This document shows positions 29,895 through 38,866 of a stretch of DNA of 64,000 nucleotides, piece by piece (position 1 is the stretch's first letter; each line of letters opens with the position of its first letter). The notes beneath the pieces are model-generated. The model ran no database searches. It saw only the letters and a list, made by a program, of their open reading frames with translations, and had not been told where the DNA came from. The stretch comes from a virus (taxonomy: Duplodnaviria > Caudoviricetes), in IMG/VR virus record IMGVR_UViG_3300022923_000005, positions 68,572-132,571 of that record; one strand, written 5' to 3'. The position numbers and the translations under genes were made by a program.

Positions 29895-30560
29895 TTAAAT
29901 GGTAGTTTTTTGATTCGTTTTGCTTTGATATATACTTTCCGGAAACGTGCTATCAAACTCTTCCTTACTAATATGTGTCAAATTTCCGTGCTGAGGACCT
30001 AATTTATCGGGTATAAAGCCGCCTTCTTCAACAACTCTAAAGAATTTAGTGTGTCTAAACTCCTTAATAACCTTCTCTGTTTGTCCTAGCCAGTTACCAA
30101 AAAACGTTGCTGCATCACTGCTTTTCTTATAATTGAACGTATCTGCGTATACATTGTTGAATTTGCCTTTGACTCCTGCATAGTCAAATCCAATAATATA
30201 AATGTTTTTATGTCCATTACTAGCAGCAAACCATAATGCAGTAGGGCCGCTTGACCAACCCTTGTGTGGTGAAAATAAGTTAATATTTGATTTTGTTTTT
30301 ATGCCTTTGTTAGGATTTGTCCAAATAGTTCCTTTTTTATGATAGTCAGCATCAATTAATTCGTTAACCATCTTAACGTCAACTGCTATTAAAAAGTGTG
30401 GATCAAATTCTCTATATTGTGCGTTGCAACCGTAGACTGTACCTTTGTTTATTAAACTAGGGCAATCAATTGCAAGTCTACTGTTTCCGTTACCTAGAAC
30501 GAAAGCAGCATCATTTTGAAATCTTTTTCGGTTACTCTTGTGGTTCAACTGGTGCTGCAT
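29895..30560 (-). CDS. DUF115/Maf-like Rossmann-type protein, candidate glycosyltransferase
   Basis: AFVLGNGNSR, VYGCN, PHFLIAVD, WSSGPTAL.FA, IYIIGFD: pattern of MAF_flag10/MptE-like and GT29-like domains. Start codon uncertain. Confidence 0.55.
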   Translation of the reverse strand: MQHQLNHKSNRKRFQNDAAFVLGNGNSRLAIDCPSLINKGTVYGCNAQYREFDPHFLIAVDVKMVNELIDADYHKKGTIWTNPNKGIKTKSNINLFSPHKGWSSGPTALWFAASNGHKNIYIIGFDYAGVKGKFNNVYADTFNYKKSSDAATFFGNWLGQTEKVIKEFRHTKFFRVVEEGGFIPDKLGPQHGNLTHISKEEFDSTFPESIYQSKTNQKTTI

Positions 30561-30771
30561 ACATCTGCCTAATAAAATTTAGTTCCGATTCTTTCTCGGC
30601 AGCGTGTGCTTCAGCCTGCATTCTAATTTCGTTGATCTGTCTAAGAGTTAGTCTGATCTTTCTTGTATCGTCACGTTGCAATACAGAACTGTCTTTGCTG
30701 TTGTCGTATCTACGGTCAACTGCAAAGTCATTAATCTCATCGTTAAAATATAAAAATTCTCTTAGAAGCAT
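30532..30771 (-). CDS. Small conserved head-module protein
   Basis: MLLREF...DTRKIRLTLRQIN.IR..; directly downstream of the portal gene, with ATAAATA at 30783-30777. Confidence 0.65.
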   Translation of the reverse strand: MLLREFLYFNDEINDFAVDRRYDNSKDSSVLQRDDTRKIRLTLRQINEIRMQAEAHAAEKESELNFIRQMYAAPVEPQE

Positions 30772-30785
30772 ACTACTATTTATGA

Positions 30786-32492
30786 CTAGGCAGGAGTTTC
30801 TGTGCCGCCTGCCGCATCCCCTTCTCCGCCTGCTGGTTCAGCCGCTGCTGCCATATCTTCAGGCGCTTGTGCAGTCTGGTCTCCCATATCTGTCTCCATA
30901 CCGCCTGGAGTAATACCTGCTCCTCGCAACTCGCCTGCTGCATCAGTAGGTGGTTGTAAGTTGCCTGCATTTTCTTCTTTCCACATTCTCTCGTTCTCAG
31001 CAATTTCTTCTGCTGTTAAACCAAGATAACGTTTTAGTGCAAAACGTTTAGACAAGTGTGGAACTTGTTGTATCGCACCAAAGATGTTTGCTCTAGTAGT
31101 ATCAAGTTCTGCTTGACGATACGCAGCAAAGTTTTGTGGTGGATTAAATTTTAGTTCAAACATACTAGGGTCAATGTTAACACCTGCACTGTCTAACCAC
31201 ATTTTAAATTCTAAATCTAATGATTCTACAATGTTTGCTTGAAGTCTTTCACAATACTTGTTAAAACGTAATTCTTGAATATAAGCAGTTCCTACTTTAC
31301 CGTCACTTACTGTATTTGCTTGTTCGTCAATTGCTGTAGGCAAGTAACTTGCTGGAATACGTAAAGCACGGAATAATTTATTAGTAAAATAACGTAGGTC
31401 AGTAATTTCACCTAGGTTAGTTCCGCCTGGTAGTGTTTCAACTTTAGAGCCACGTCCTTCTGCTGTTTGCGGAAAGAAGTAATCTTCATTAGTTGATAGT
31501 GGATTGTAACTAGCATCAATAACACTTGTACCTCCACCTGTTGCACTTGGAATACGTCTTTGTTGTATTTCGTTTTTAACTTTTTCAACAAAGCTCATTG
31601 CCATATGCGCAGGCATATTACCTACGTCAACGTAAAAAATTCTACGTTCAGGCGCACGTTGAATACGATAGATAATAATCGCATCTTCTAATAACTCTTT
31701 TTGTTTGTATACTTTAAAAACACTTTCTAAAAGTGAATTACCAAAAGGATAATTTTGATCTAATCCTTCTGATAATGAAATGTGTACCATATGTTTTGCA
31801 TCTACAGCAATTTCATTTGCTTCTCTTTGAAACCTAGTGCCTGATGGTGTTGGAACTTGACCTGCCATTCCTCTACCAAATCCACCCCCGGAAGTATAAG
31901 AACTCGTTCCGCTAGGTGAAGTGTTAGTTGTATTGTGTGGAGTCGTTGCTACTAAATCTTTAAAATTAAAATTAATATCTCTTACAACATACTGCTCGGG
32001 AATCTTTCCATCGGATTCGTTAACAATAATTTTTGTGACTTTGGTTTGATCCACGTATAAAAGTTTTTTAGTTTCTGGATCCCTAATGAAAAAACAGTCT
32101 CCATATTTAAATGTGTTCCTTACAATTCTAAAAATTCGTTTGTCAATTTGATTTAATTTGGTCCATTTTTGTAGCGCATCTTTTAATAGTCTAGTTTCTA
32201 CATTAGTTGCCTGCTGTCTAAAATGGAAATGAAACGGTGTTGCGTTTTCTCTATCTTTATCTGTACAAAATTCTGCAAGAATATCTAATGCAGCATTTAC
32301 TTCTGAATCCATATCCATTGTATCGTACTGCATATAACGTTCGATACGATTTGGTGCACCTGCATATACATCTGGCAAATATGAACTATAGTTTGCTCGT
32401 GCAGGGCCGGGACGTCCGCCGCCACTAATTGGGCTGTAACTTCCGCCTGTATTATCAGCGTTAACTGGTGTAAAGTATTTTTTCCAACTCAT
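30786..32492 (-). CDS. gp20: Portal protein (T4 gp20 family)
   Basis: EDAIIIYRIQRAPERRIFYVDVGNMP, EDYFFP..GRGSKVETLPGG.NLGEI.D..YF. Confidence 0.95.
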   Translation of the reverse strand: MSWKKYFTPVNADNTGGSYSPISGGGRPGPARANYSSYLPDVYAGAPNRIERYMQYDTMDMDSEVNAALDILAEFCTDKDRENATPFHFHFRQQATNVETRLLKDALQKWTKLNQIDKRIFRIVRNTFKYGDCFFIRDPETKKLLYVDQTKVTKIIVNESDGKIPEQYVVRDINFNFKDLVATTPHNTTNTSPSGTSSYTSGGGFGRGMAGQVPTPSGTRFQREANEIAVDAKHMVHISLSEGLDQNYPFGNSLLESVFKVYKQKELLEDAIIIYRIQRAPERRIFYVDVGNMPAHMAMSFVEKVKNEIQQRRIPSATGGGTSVIDASYNPLSTNEDYFFPQTAEGRGSKVETLPGGTNLGEITDLRYFTNKLFRALRIPASYLPTAIDEQANTVSDGKVGTAYIQELRFNKYCERLQANIVESLDLEFKMWLDSAGVNIDPSMFELKFNPPQNFAAYRQAELDTTRANIFGAIQQVPHLSKRFALKRYLGLTAEEIAENERMWKEENAGNLQPPTDAAGELRGAGITPGGMETDMGDQTAQAPEDMAAAAEPAGGEGDAAGGTETPA

Positions 32493-32499
32493 ATCTTAT

Positions 32500-32527
32500 A
32501 TTATACATCCTTTTGCTATAAAAGCAA
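32500..32527 (-). promoter_or_regulatory. Sigma70-like promoter upstream of portal
   Basis: Minus strand TTGCTT-16 nt-TATAAT, 7 nt before the ATG. Confidence 0.45.
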
Positions 32528-32538
32528 GTTCTTTTTTG

Positions 32539-35178
32539 TTATACAGAAGAATATAAATCTCCAACTGCTTCACCACTAACACCAAGTTGTTTTTTGGCTA
32601 ACATAGTTTGTGTTGTTGCCAATTGGACAAGTTGATTCATACTAGTATTTAATTCACCTAACAACTGATCTGGTGTTTTCTGAGTAGTGTTGCTACTCAT
32701 TGGTGTTCCGTCTGGGTTAGTAGTACCTTCTGCGTCTTTCTTTTTCTGTTCTTCTTCTGCTTTTTTCTTTTCTGCTTCTGCTTTTTTCTTTTCTTCTTCT
32801 GCTTTTTGTTCTAGTGTTTTTTGAGCATCATTAGTATCTGTTGTTTTTTCTTCTGGATTACCAGGTACTTCATTTTTCTTTTCTTCTGCTTTGGCTTCTT
32901 CTGCTTTTATTTCGGCATTACGTTTATTGATTAATTCTAGATCTTTCTTGTATTGCTCAATCTGTTTCTGTGATTCTTCTCTACCTTTTGATTCTCTGCC
33001 CCAATATTCGTTTACACCTGCTTCTGAACGTTTAATACGTTCTTCTTCTGCTTTAATTTTTGCTTCAATGGCTGCAATATCTTCAGGACCAACTAGTGCT
33101 TCTCCAATCTGTTCACCAATTGCTTCACCTGCTGACGATCCTGCCCAATATCCAACAGCACCTCCAATTACACCACCTATTAGCGTACCAACTACAGGAA
33201 CAACCGAACCTAATGCAGCACCTGCTGCTGCGCCAGCCATTGCTCCGCCAGTACCGCCTACAACACCGCCTGTTACTTCTGCTTTGTCTACACTTGCTTC
33301 GTTTGATGTGATATTTCCTGCTTCAAGATCTTGGTCGATTTGATTCATCGACTGATAACCTTCATACAATCCGTATAATAATCCTAACGGACCTGCACGT
33401 TTCATAATACCTTTAGCAGCACCTTTCATACCGCCGCCGCCAGTAGCACCTGGTTTTGGTTTTTGTCCAGTAGCACCTGCTCCTGCACCTGCACCGGCTG
33501 TACCAGGACGGCCTCTTAGGCCTAGCATTTGTGCTGCGGCCGCTGCGCCTGCTGCAAGTTCTAGTGCTTTAAGTGCAGCATTTGCTCCACCCATTGCTAT
33601 TAAGAATTTGTCAAAATTATTTGCTGCCATATTAAGAGCTGGCACTAGATATTTCTCAGCAGCATCTAGTGCTTTATTAAATACTTTTTCTAACGGTGCA
33701 AGATCAACGCTACCAAGCATTGTTGTAAATGCAGTACTTGCTTCTGCAATATTTTCTTTGAACGTTTTAATTGATGCTGGATCAATTACGCCTTCAGTAC
33801 CTTTTTTAATATCTTCTTTTGCTTTTTTTAGGTCGTCTTGAATTTGTTTTGTTACTTCGCCAAGTGTTTTATTTCTTTCTGCTACGTCTGCTGCTGCAAC
33901 GAAGAAGTCATTCATAGACGCATCAAATTTACCTACAGTTTCACCAATGGGCGATTCAGCAAACTTCTTGGCTTCTGCTGCATAGGTATCATAAAATTCA
34001 CTAGCAAACCCTTCTTCTAACCCTTGACCGCTTTGAATCTTCTTAAATATTTCTTGTGCTGCTCCGCCAGACTCTCTTAGGAAAGCCATTGCCTTGACAC
34101 CTTCATCAGATGTTGCAGTACCTGTCGCTAAAATTTCCTTAATACCAACTTGGTGTGCCTTAGGAATTGAATCCATAAGTTTATCCATTTCGGCCTGTTG
34201 TTTAGGATCTAGTTTAGAACGCATTATACGATACTGTGCATCTGCCATTCTAGCGTCTTGTTCTGCTTGTAGAGCTTCTTTAGATTTACCAGTTAACTTT
34301 GAAACAGCATCTAGGTTTTTCATATACTGACCAGTAAGATTAATCAGTTGCCTATTGCTCAATTGTTCAGCTCTGCCACTTCTTGCAAGTCTACCTGAAT
34401 ATTCTGCAAGTCCGTTGTTAATATCAACTGTGCTAAAACCTAATCTTGCTAGTTCATCACCAACCTGCGACTTTCTAATTTGTTTACCTAGATCGGCTAA
34501 ACGTTTAGCACCGTCTGCTGTAGTACCACCGAGGAACATTAAGCCTTGTGAATTCTTTTGTACTACTCCGGCAAACTGTTCCATAGTCATACCAGCACCG
34601 CCGGCTGCTTTACTAAATTCTGCTATGTTACCACCGAAGTTAGCACCTACTGATGCTGCTGCCTGGAACTGTGTTTGTAGTGTTTCTACTGCACCTGCAA
34701 CAGGTCCATAAACACCTTTAATTGCATCGCCAACTAATGGAATGTTACCTAATGTATCTGTGGCGCTTGTAATGCTATCGCCCATTCCGGAGATACTAGA
34801 TAATGAACCTCCAATAAAGTCAATAGCCTTTTGAACTTGTTGGCCCATTTTGCCAACAAGGTTAAGACTGTCTTTTAGTCCTTGTCCCCAACTATCTGTG
34901 CTTTCTGCTGCATCATCAAGAGATTCACTTAATCCATCTGCGGATTTTGCTGATCCCTCTTGTGATCTTTGGAATTTTCTGCCGCTTCTTACAGCATTTT
35001 CAGTCTGTTTTCCTAGTTTACCTAGGTCTTTGTCAACTTGTCCTACATTTTTAAACTCTACGCCCTGGGCTTTAGCCATAGCGGTCATAGCAGCAAGTAG
35101 TTGCTTTAGAGTGGCTTCAGTCGCAGCATTGTTAAGTACTACTTCTTCATTACCAATTTGTCCCGTTACGTCGGCCAT
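32539..35178 (-). CDS. Tape-measure-like / baseplate hub protein (gp29-like)
   Basis: 879 aa, Ala/Gly-rich and helical, with a GA.AGAA.GS.VPVVGT..GG..GG glycine zipper; divergent from the gp26-like gene. Confidence 0.7.
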   Translation of the reverse strand: MADVTGQIGNEEVVLNNAATEATLKQLLAAMTAMAKAQGVEFKNVGQVDKDLGKLGKQTENAVRSGRKFQRSQEGSAKSADGLSESLDDAAESTDSWGQGLKDSLNLVGKMGQQVQKAIDFIGGSLSSISGMGDSITSATDTLGNIPLVGDAIKGVYGPVAGAVETLQTQFQAAASVGANFGGNIAEFSKAAGGAGMTMEQFAGVVQKNSQGLMFLGGTTADGAKRLADLGKQIRKSQVGDELARLGFSTVDINNGLAEYSGRLARSGRAEQLSNRQLINLTGQYMKNLDAVSKLTGKSKEALQAEQDARMADAQYRIMRSKLDPKQQAEMDKLMDSIPKAHQVGIKEILATGTATSDEGVKAMAFLRESGGAAQEIFKKIQSGQGLEEGFASEFYDTYAAEAKKFAESPIGETVGKFDASMNDFFVAAADVAERNKTLGEVTKQIQDDLKKAKEDIKKGTEGVIDPASIKTFKENIAEASTAFTTMLGSVDLAPLEKVFNKALDAAEKYLVPALNMAANNFDKFLIAMGGANAALKALELAAGAAAAAQMLGLRGRPGTAGAGAGAGATGQKPKPGATGGGGMKGAAKGIMKRAGPLGLLYGLYEGYQSMNQIDQDLEAGNITSNEASVDKAEVTGGVVGGTGGAMAGAAAGAALGSVVPVVGTLIGGVIGGAVGYWAGSSAGEAIGEQIGEALVGPEDIAAIEAKIKAEEERIKRSEAGVNEYWGRESKGREESQKQIEQYKKDLELINKRNAEIKAEEAKAEEKKNEVPGNPEEKTTDTNDAQKTLEQKAEEEKKKAEAEKKKAEEEQKKKDAEGTTNPDGTPMSSNTTQKTPDQLLGELNTSMNQLVQLATTQTMLAKKQLGVSGEAVGDLYSSV

Positions 35179-35205
35179 TAATTATATTCCCAGAAATATG
35201 CGCAC

Positions 35206-35245
35206 ATAAATAGTTATTGTAAATATATACAACAATGTTATTTAT
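35206..35245. promoter_or_regulatory. Face-to-face late promoters (ATAAATA + at 35206-35212, ATAAATA - at 35245-35239)
   Basis: One motif per strand in the 78-bp gap between divergent genes, plus a second TAAATA on + at 35220. Confidence 0.6.
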
Positions 35246-35256
35246 CGGAGAAAAAT

Positions 35257-36180
35257 ATGGATGAAAATACAGAAATGCCAAAGGTTGAAATTGCCGGGCA
35301 GCCTGCTACTAGTGGCGCACCCCAACAGGCAGCGACTCCAGCGGCTCCTGTCAATCCGTTAGCCGGCTATTATAGACAGCCTAAAGTTTACCTAAGATTG
35401 CCAAGTGGTGGCAAATGGTATCAAGAAGGCACACTCGATGTAAGTGAAGATGGACAATATGCTGTGTACGCAATGACAGCAAAAGACGAATTAATGTATA
35501 AGACACCAGACGCTTTAATGAATGGTGCAGCAACAACAGAAGTTATAAAAAGTTGTATTCCTGCAATCAGAGAACCGTGGAAAATGCCTACACTTGATGT
35601 AGACGCTTGTTTAGTTGCTATTAGAATTGCAACTTACGGTGAGAAGATGGAAATTACAACAACGTGTCCTGCTTGTAAAGAACAACAAAATTATGACTAT
35701 ATGCTAAGTGAGCATTTAGAAAGAATTAGTGGATTTCAATATCCAGAACAGTATACAATCGGCGACCTTAACTTTACTTTGAAGCCTTACAACTACAAAG
35801 AAGTAACGTCTAAACAATTACAACAAATGGAACAAGAAAGAATTTTCCAAGTTATCAATGACGAAAAAATGTCGGAAGAAGAAAAACTTGAAAGATTTGG
35901 TTCTAGTTTTATTAAATTAACAGAAATGACTGTTGCTGTAGTTGTTCATAGTATTGCTTCAATTACATCACCGCAAGGTACTGTAACAGATAAAGATATG
36001 ATAGCAGACTTTATTACTAATGCTGATAAAGAAATATTTAAAAGCCTTAGTGAACATCTTCAAAGTGTTGCTGCTAACCTTGAACTTAAAACTAAAAAAG
36101 TTAAGTGTGGTGATTGCGAACACGAGTTCGATGTTGCATTGACAATGGATCAAGCAAATTTTTTCGGAGCAAAATCTTAA
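35257..36180 (+). CDS. gp26: Baseplate hub assembly protein (T4 gp26-like)
   Basis: LPS.G..Y, MTAKDE, AIRIATYGE, two CxxC pairs (CPAC, CGDC), ends ..ANFF. Confidence 0.7.
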   Translation: MDENTEMPKVEIAGQPATSGAPQQAATPAAPVNPLAGYYRQPKVYLRLPSGGKWYQEGTLDVSEDGQYAVYAMTAKDELMYKTPDALMNGAATTEVIKSCIPAIREPWKMPTLDVDACLVAIRIATYGEKMEITTTCPACKEQQNYDYMLSEHLERISGFQYPEQYTIGDLNFTLKPYNYKEVTSKQLQQMEQERIFQVINDEKMSEEEKLERFGSSFIKLTEMTVAVVVHSIASITSPQGTVTDKDMIADFITNADKEIFKSLSEHLQSVAANLELKTKKVKCGDCEHEFDVALTMDQANFFGAKS

Positions 36181-36204
36181 CCCTTTCTCGTCCTGAGATT
36201 TTGC
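36156..36204 (+). other. Putative programmed -1 ribosomal frameshift signal
   Basis: In-frame A_AAT_TTT_TTC (two overlapping X_XXY_YYZ heptamers) followed by stem GCAAAATCT (36169-77)/AGATTTTGC (36196-204); the -1 frame is open to 36392. Confidence 0.65.
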
Positions 36205-36392
36205 GTGAAGCCGAAAAACTAGATAAAGAGGCGAGGAATCTGAAGAGAGAACTTCTTAAAATGTGTTGGTATATGAGAGGTCTTTCTTACAGTGAACTTG
36301 CGAATATGTCTTTTGAAGAACGTGAAATAATCAACGATATTATCAAAGATAATTTAGAAACTACAAAGAAAACCAAACTGCCGTTTTTCTAA
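36162..36392 (+). CDS. gp51-like hub assembly segment, probably made as a -1 frameshift extension of the gp26-like protein
   Basis: WYMRGLSYSEL.NMS.EER..I resembles the gp51 core; no convincing RBS or start of its own. Confidence 0.6.
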   Translation, partial: FRSKILTLSRPEILREAEKLDKEARNLKRELLKMCWYMRGLSYSELANMSFEEREIINDIIKDNLETTKKTKLPFF

Positions 36393-38866
36393 GCGGCAAG
36401 TTCTTTCTTAATAATTGCTTGTACTTCTGGTTTTAGTTTCTTAATCTGCACAACCAAATCTCCCATATTAACCGGTGCTGCCGGTGTCTTTTGGGTAGGA
36501 TTATAATCTTTCTGTCCTTGTGTTCTATCAGGAGCAGCGTACGGCTCTTCGCCTGGATTGGCTGCTGCATCTGGTTGTGTATCTGTGCTTGTAGCGTCTT
36601 GTGCTGGTGTTTCTGCATCTTGTGGTGTAGTTGTAGCATCAGCACCTTGATCACCTGCTGTTGACGCTGTATTCGCGTCTGTTGCGCCATCTTTTGATGT
36701 TGTAGTGCTAGTAGTTGAAGTAGTTGCTTGAGTATTCAATTTGTCACGTAGTTCTTCTGCTTCACCAGGTTGTAATGCTTCACCTTTTTCAACAGGTTGA
36801 TCTGTCTGTGTGTCCAAAACGTCATAGGTTTTTGGATTTTGTGCATTTGGTTGCATAATAAATTTATCACCTTCTTGTGGTTCAAACTTACCTGCTTCTT
36901 TATTCATTTTATCACTCATAGGTTCTGCTTTTTCAGGAGCAAGTCCTACGCCATCCTTAATAGGCTTACTAGTTTGCTTATCAATAATGTCTACTTTTGT
37001 TTCGTCTTTTGTATTTTTCTGTAGATAGTATCTTTCATCTTTACTTGATGTAGTACCACCTGTTGTTGGAGTGGCACTTGTTGTAGCAGTATCCCCTGTT
37101 GCTGCTGCATCATCAGTTGGCGCATCAGTATCTGTAGCGCCTGCATCAGTTGCTGTATCTGTCGCTGTGTCAGTTGCTGTATCTGTAGCACCTGCATCAG
37201 TTGCAGTGTCAGTTGCACTTGTATCTTGTGCAGCATCAGCGGCTGGCTCTTGTGCAGTTGGAAGTTCAATCTTCATTGCATCATAAGTGCCTTTAATTAC
37301 ATCATCTGCTACACCTGCTGGTTTTAAAACTTGGTCTGCAATTTCGTTTGAGTCTGTAGGTTCACCTGCTTTTTGCCAAGCCTTCATAAGTTTGTCTGCT
37401 GTAACTTTTGCAGTTAAGTTTCTACCTGCTTGTTTAATAGCACCTACACCTTTACCTATAGCGCCTGCTGCTTTTTTAAGAATTCCAGGTGCTTCGTTAA
37501 TAGTCTGTCTATTATAATATGCCACTGCATCAAATACACTTTCAAACATCAACTTGTTTTCTAGCATATGATCATTTACTTGTGTAATTTTATTGAACAG
37601 TAAATAAATCTGTCCTTCTGAAAGTTTTGTACCTGTGTATGTTTTGCTTTCTTGTGCTGGTGCTTCGCCAGTTAGTTCTGCTTTTTGTTCTGGACTTACA
37701 GGTTTTGCATTGTGCTTGTTCTTAGCGTTGTCATCAACTGTTTGTAAAGCACCCTGTGCTGCTGCGGCTACAGGTCCGCCTACATCCATAATTTTTTCAA
37801 TTGCTGCATCTGCATTATCAAGCACAGCCATCGCTTGTTCTAGTTGATCACTTGTTAGTGCATCTCTTGGTATATCACCAACTGTTTTTGCAAGTGCTGT
37901 TAAACTTTCATTTGCATCTTGTGTTGTTGATAGGAATCCGTGTAACTTACCTGCTGCTTCATAATATTCTGGACTAAAAGTTTTTGCACTGTTTGCTGCA
38001 TCTGATAATGCTTTATATTGTGCTACCTGCTCAGGAGTCATTGTTAAATCATAATTGTAATAGAAGCCGTTGATGTTACCTGACATTTTTAAATTCTGAG
38101 CACCGTCAAGTACACCCGAATCAAATCCTGCATCTGCTACTGCTTTGTCCACTGCTGCTGTAAAGTTGGCTTTTTCAAAACCATCCATCATTGCAGTTGC
38201 TTCTGCTTCACTACCTGCGGCAATGTTGTCAATAATGTTGTCTGTAATACCTTGGATTGCTGCGCCAGCAAGAGCACCATATGCTGCTGTTTTAACTGAC
38301 TTACCAACTGCTGTTGATAGTTTTTCACCTTGTAGTAAATCTTTTGTTGCTCTAGCAAGGAAACCTGCAACAGCACCGCCTAATGGTCCGCCTGCAATAG
38401 CAGCCGCTGCTGTAAGAATACCAACAGCAATACTTGCTTTGCCTGGATTGGCTTTTGCCCAATCACTTACTGCTTTCACAGCGTTTACTACTTTAGAATC
38501 TTTTGCACCAATTTTTGTTTTTAGTTCATCAAATTTTTGATCTGCATTTTTAACAGGTCCTGCTTGTTGAACTGCTCTGCCCAGTTCATTAATTTTTCCG
38601 TCAATCCATTTAAGTGCTTCAACAGGTAAGCCTGCAATGTCTTTTGCTTTACCAACACCAGTTCTGTTGTCGCCTGCTTCGTCAGCACCTTTTTCAATGC
38701 TGGTAAACAGTTGTGTAATTTGCTGTTTTGAAAGTGCTGCTTCAGTAACGTATCTTTCAACATCTGCTACCCAAGGCTGAATAGTCTTTTGTTCAAATAA
38801 AGTAAATGCAGGATCATTCCAACCTTCACTGATCAGTGTTCTTTTTTGCAGTTGACTTAGTCTCAT
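36389..38866 (-). CDS. Probable head-packaged (internal/ejection) protein, 825 aa
   Basis: Several gp21-type [LIV]xE sites, a hydrophobic Gly/Ala hairpin and Thr/Asp/Ala low-complexity linkers. Confidence 0.45.
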   Translation of the reverse strand: MRLSQLQKRTLISEGWNDPAFTLFEQKTIQPWVADVERYVTEAALSKQQITQLFTSIEKGADEAGDNRTGVGKAKDIAGLPVEALKWIDGKINELGRAVQQAGPVKNADQKFDELKTKIGAKDSKVVNAVKAVSDWAKANPGKASIAVGILTAAAAIAGGPLGGAVAGFLARATKDLLQGEKLSTAVGKSVKTAAYGALAGAAIQGITDNIIDNIAAGSEAEATAMMDGFEKANFTAAVDKAVADAGFDSGVLDGAQNLKMSGNINGFYYNYDLTMTPEQVAQYKALSDAANSAKTFSPEYYEAAGKLHGFLSTTQDANESLTALAKTVGDIPRDALTSDQLEQAMAVLDNADAAIEKIMDVGGPVAAAAQGALQTVDDNAKNKHNAKPVSPEQKAELTGEAPAQESKTYTGTKLSEGQIYLLFNKITQVNDHMLENKLMFESVFDAVAYYNRQTINEAPGILKKAAGAIGKGVGAIKQAGRNLTAKVTADKLMKAWQKAGEPTDSNEIADQVLKPAGVADDVIKGTYDAMKIELPTAQEPAADAAQDTSATDTATDAGATDTATDTATDTATDAGATDTDAPTDDAAATGDTATTSATPTTGGTTSSKDERYYLQKNTKDETKVDIIDKQTSKPIKDGVGLAPEKAEPMSDKMNKEAGKFEPQEGDKFIMQPNAQNPKTYDVLDTQTDQPVEKGEALQPGEAEELRDKLNTQATTSTTSTTTSKDGATDANTASTAGDQGADATTTPQDAETPAQDATSTDTQPDAAANPGEEPYAAPDRTQGQKDYNPTQKTPAAPVNMGDLVVQIKKLKPEVQAIIKKELAA
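37120..37220 (-). repeat. Coding tandem repeat (TDTA/TDAGA units)
   Basis: Protein ATDTATDAGATDTATDTATDTATDAGATDTDA; DNA 12-15 nt units. Confidence 0.75.

Noticed and set aside
36114-36161. TTG start at 36114 for the gp51-like ORF
   Set aside because: No RBS, and the first residues are an out-of-frame read of gp26; a frameshift entry fits better.
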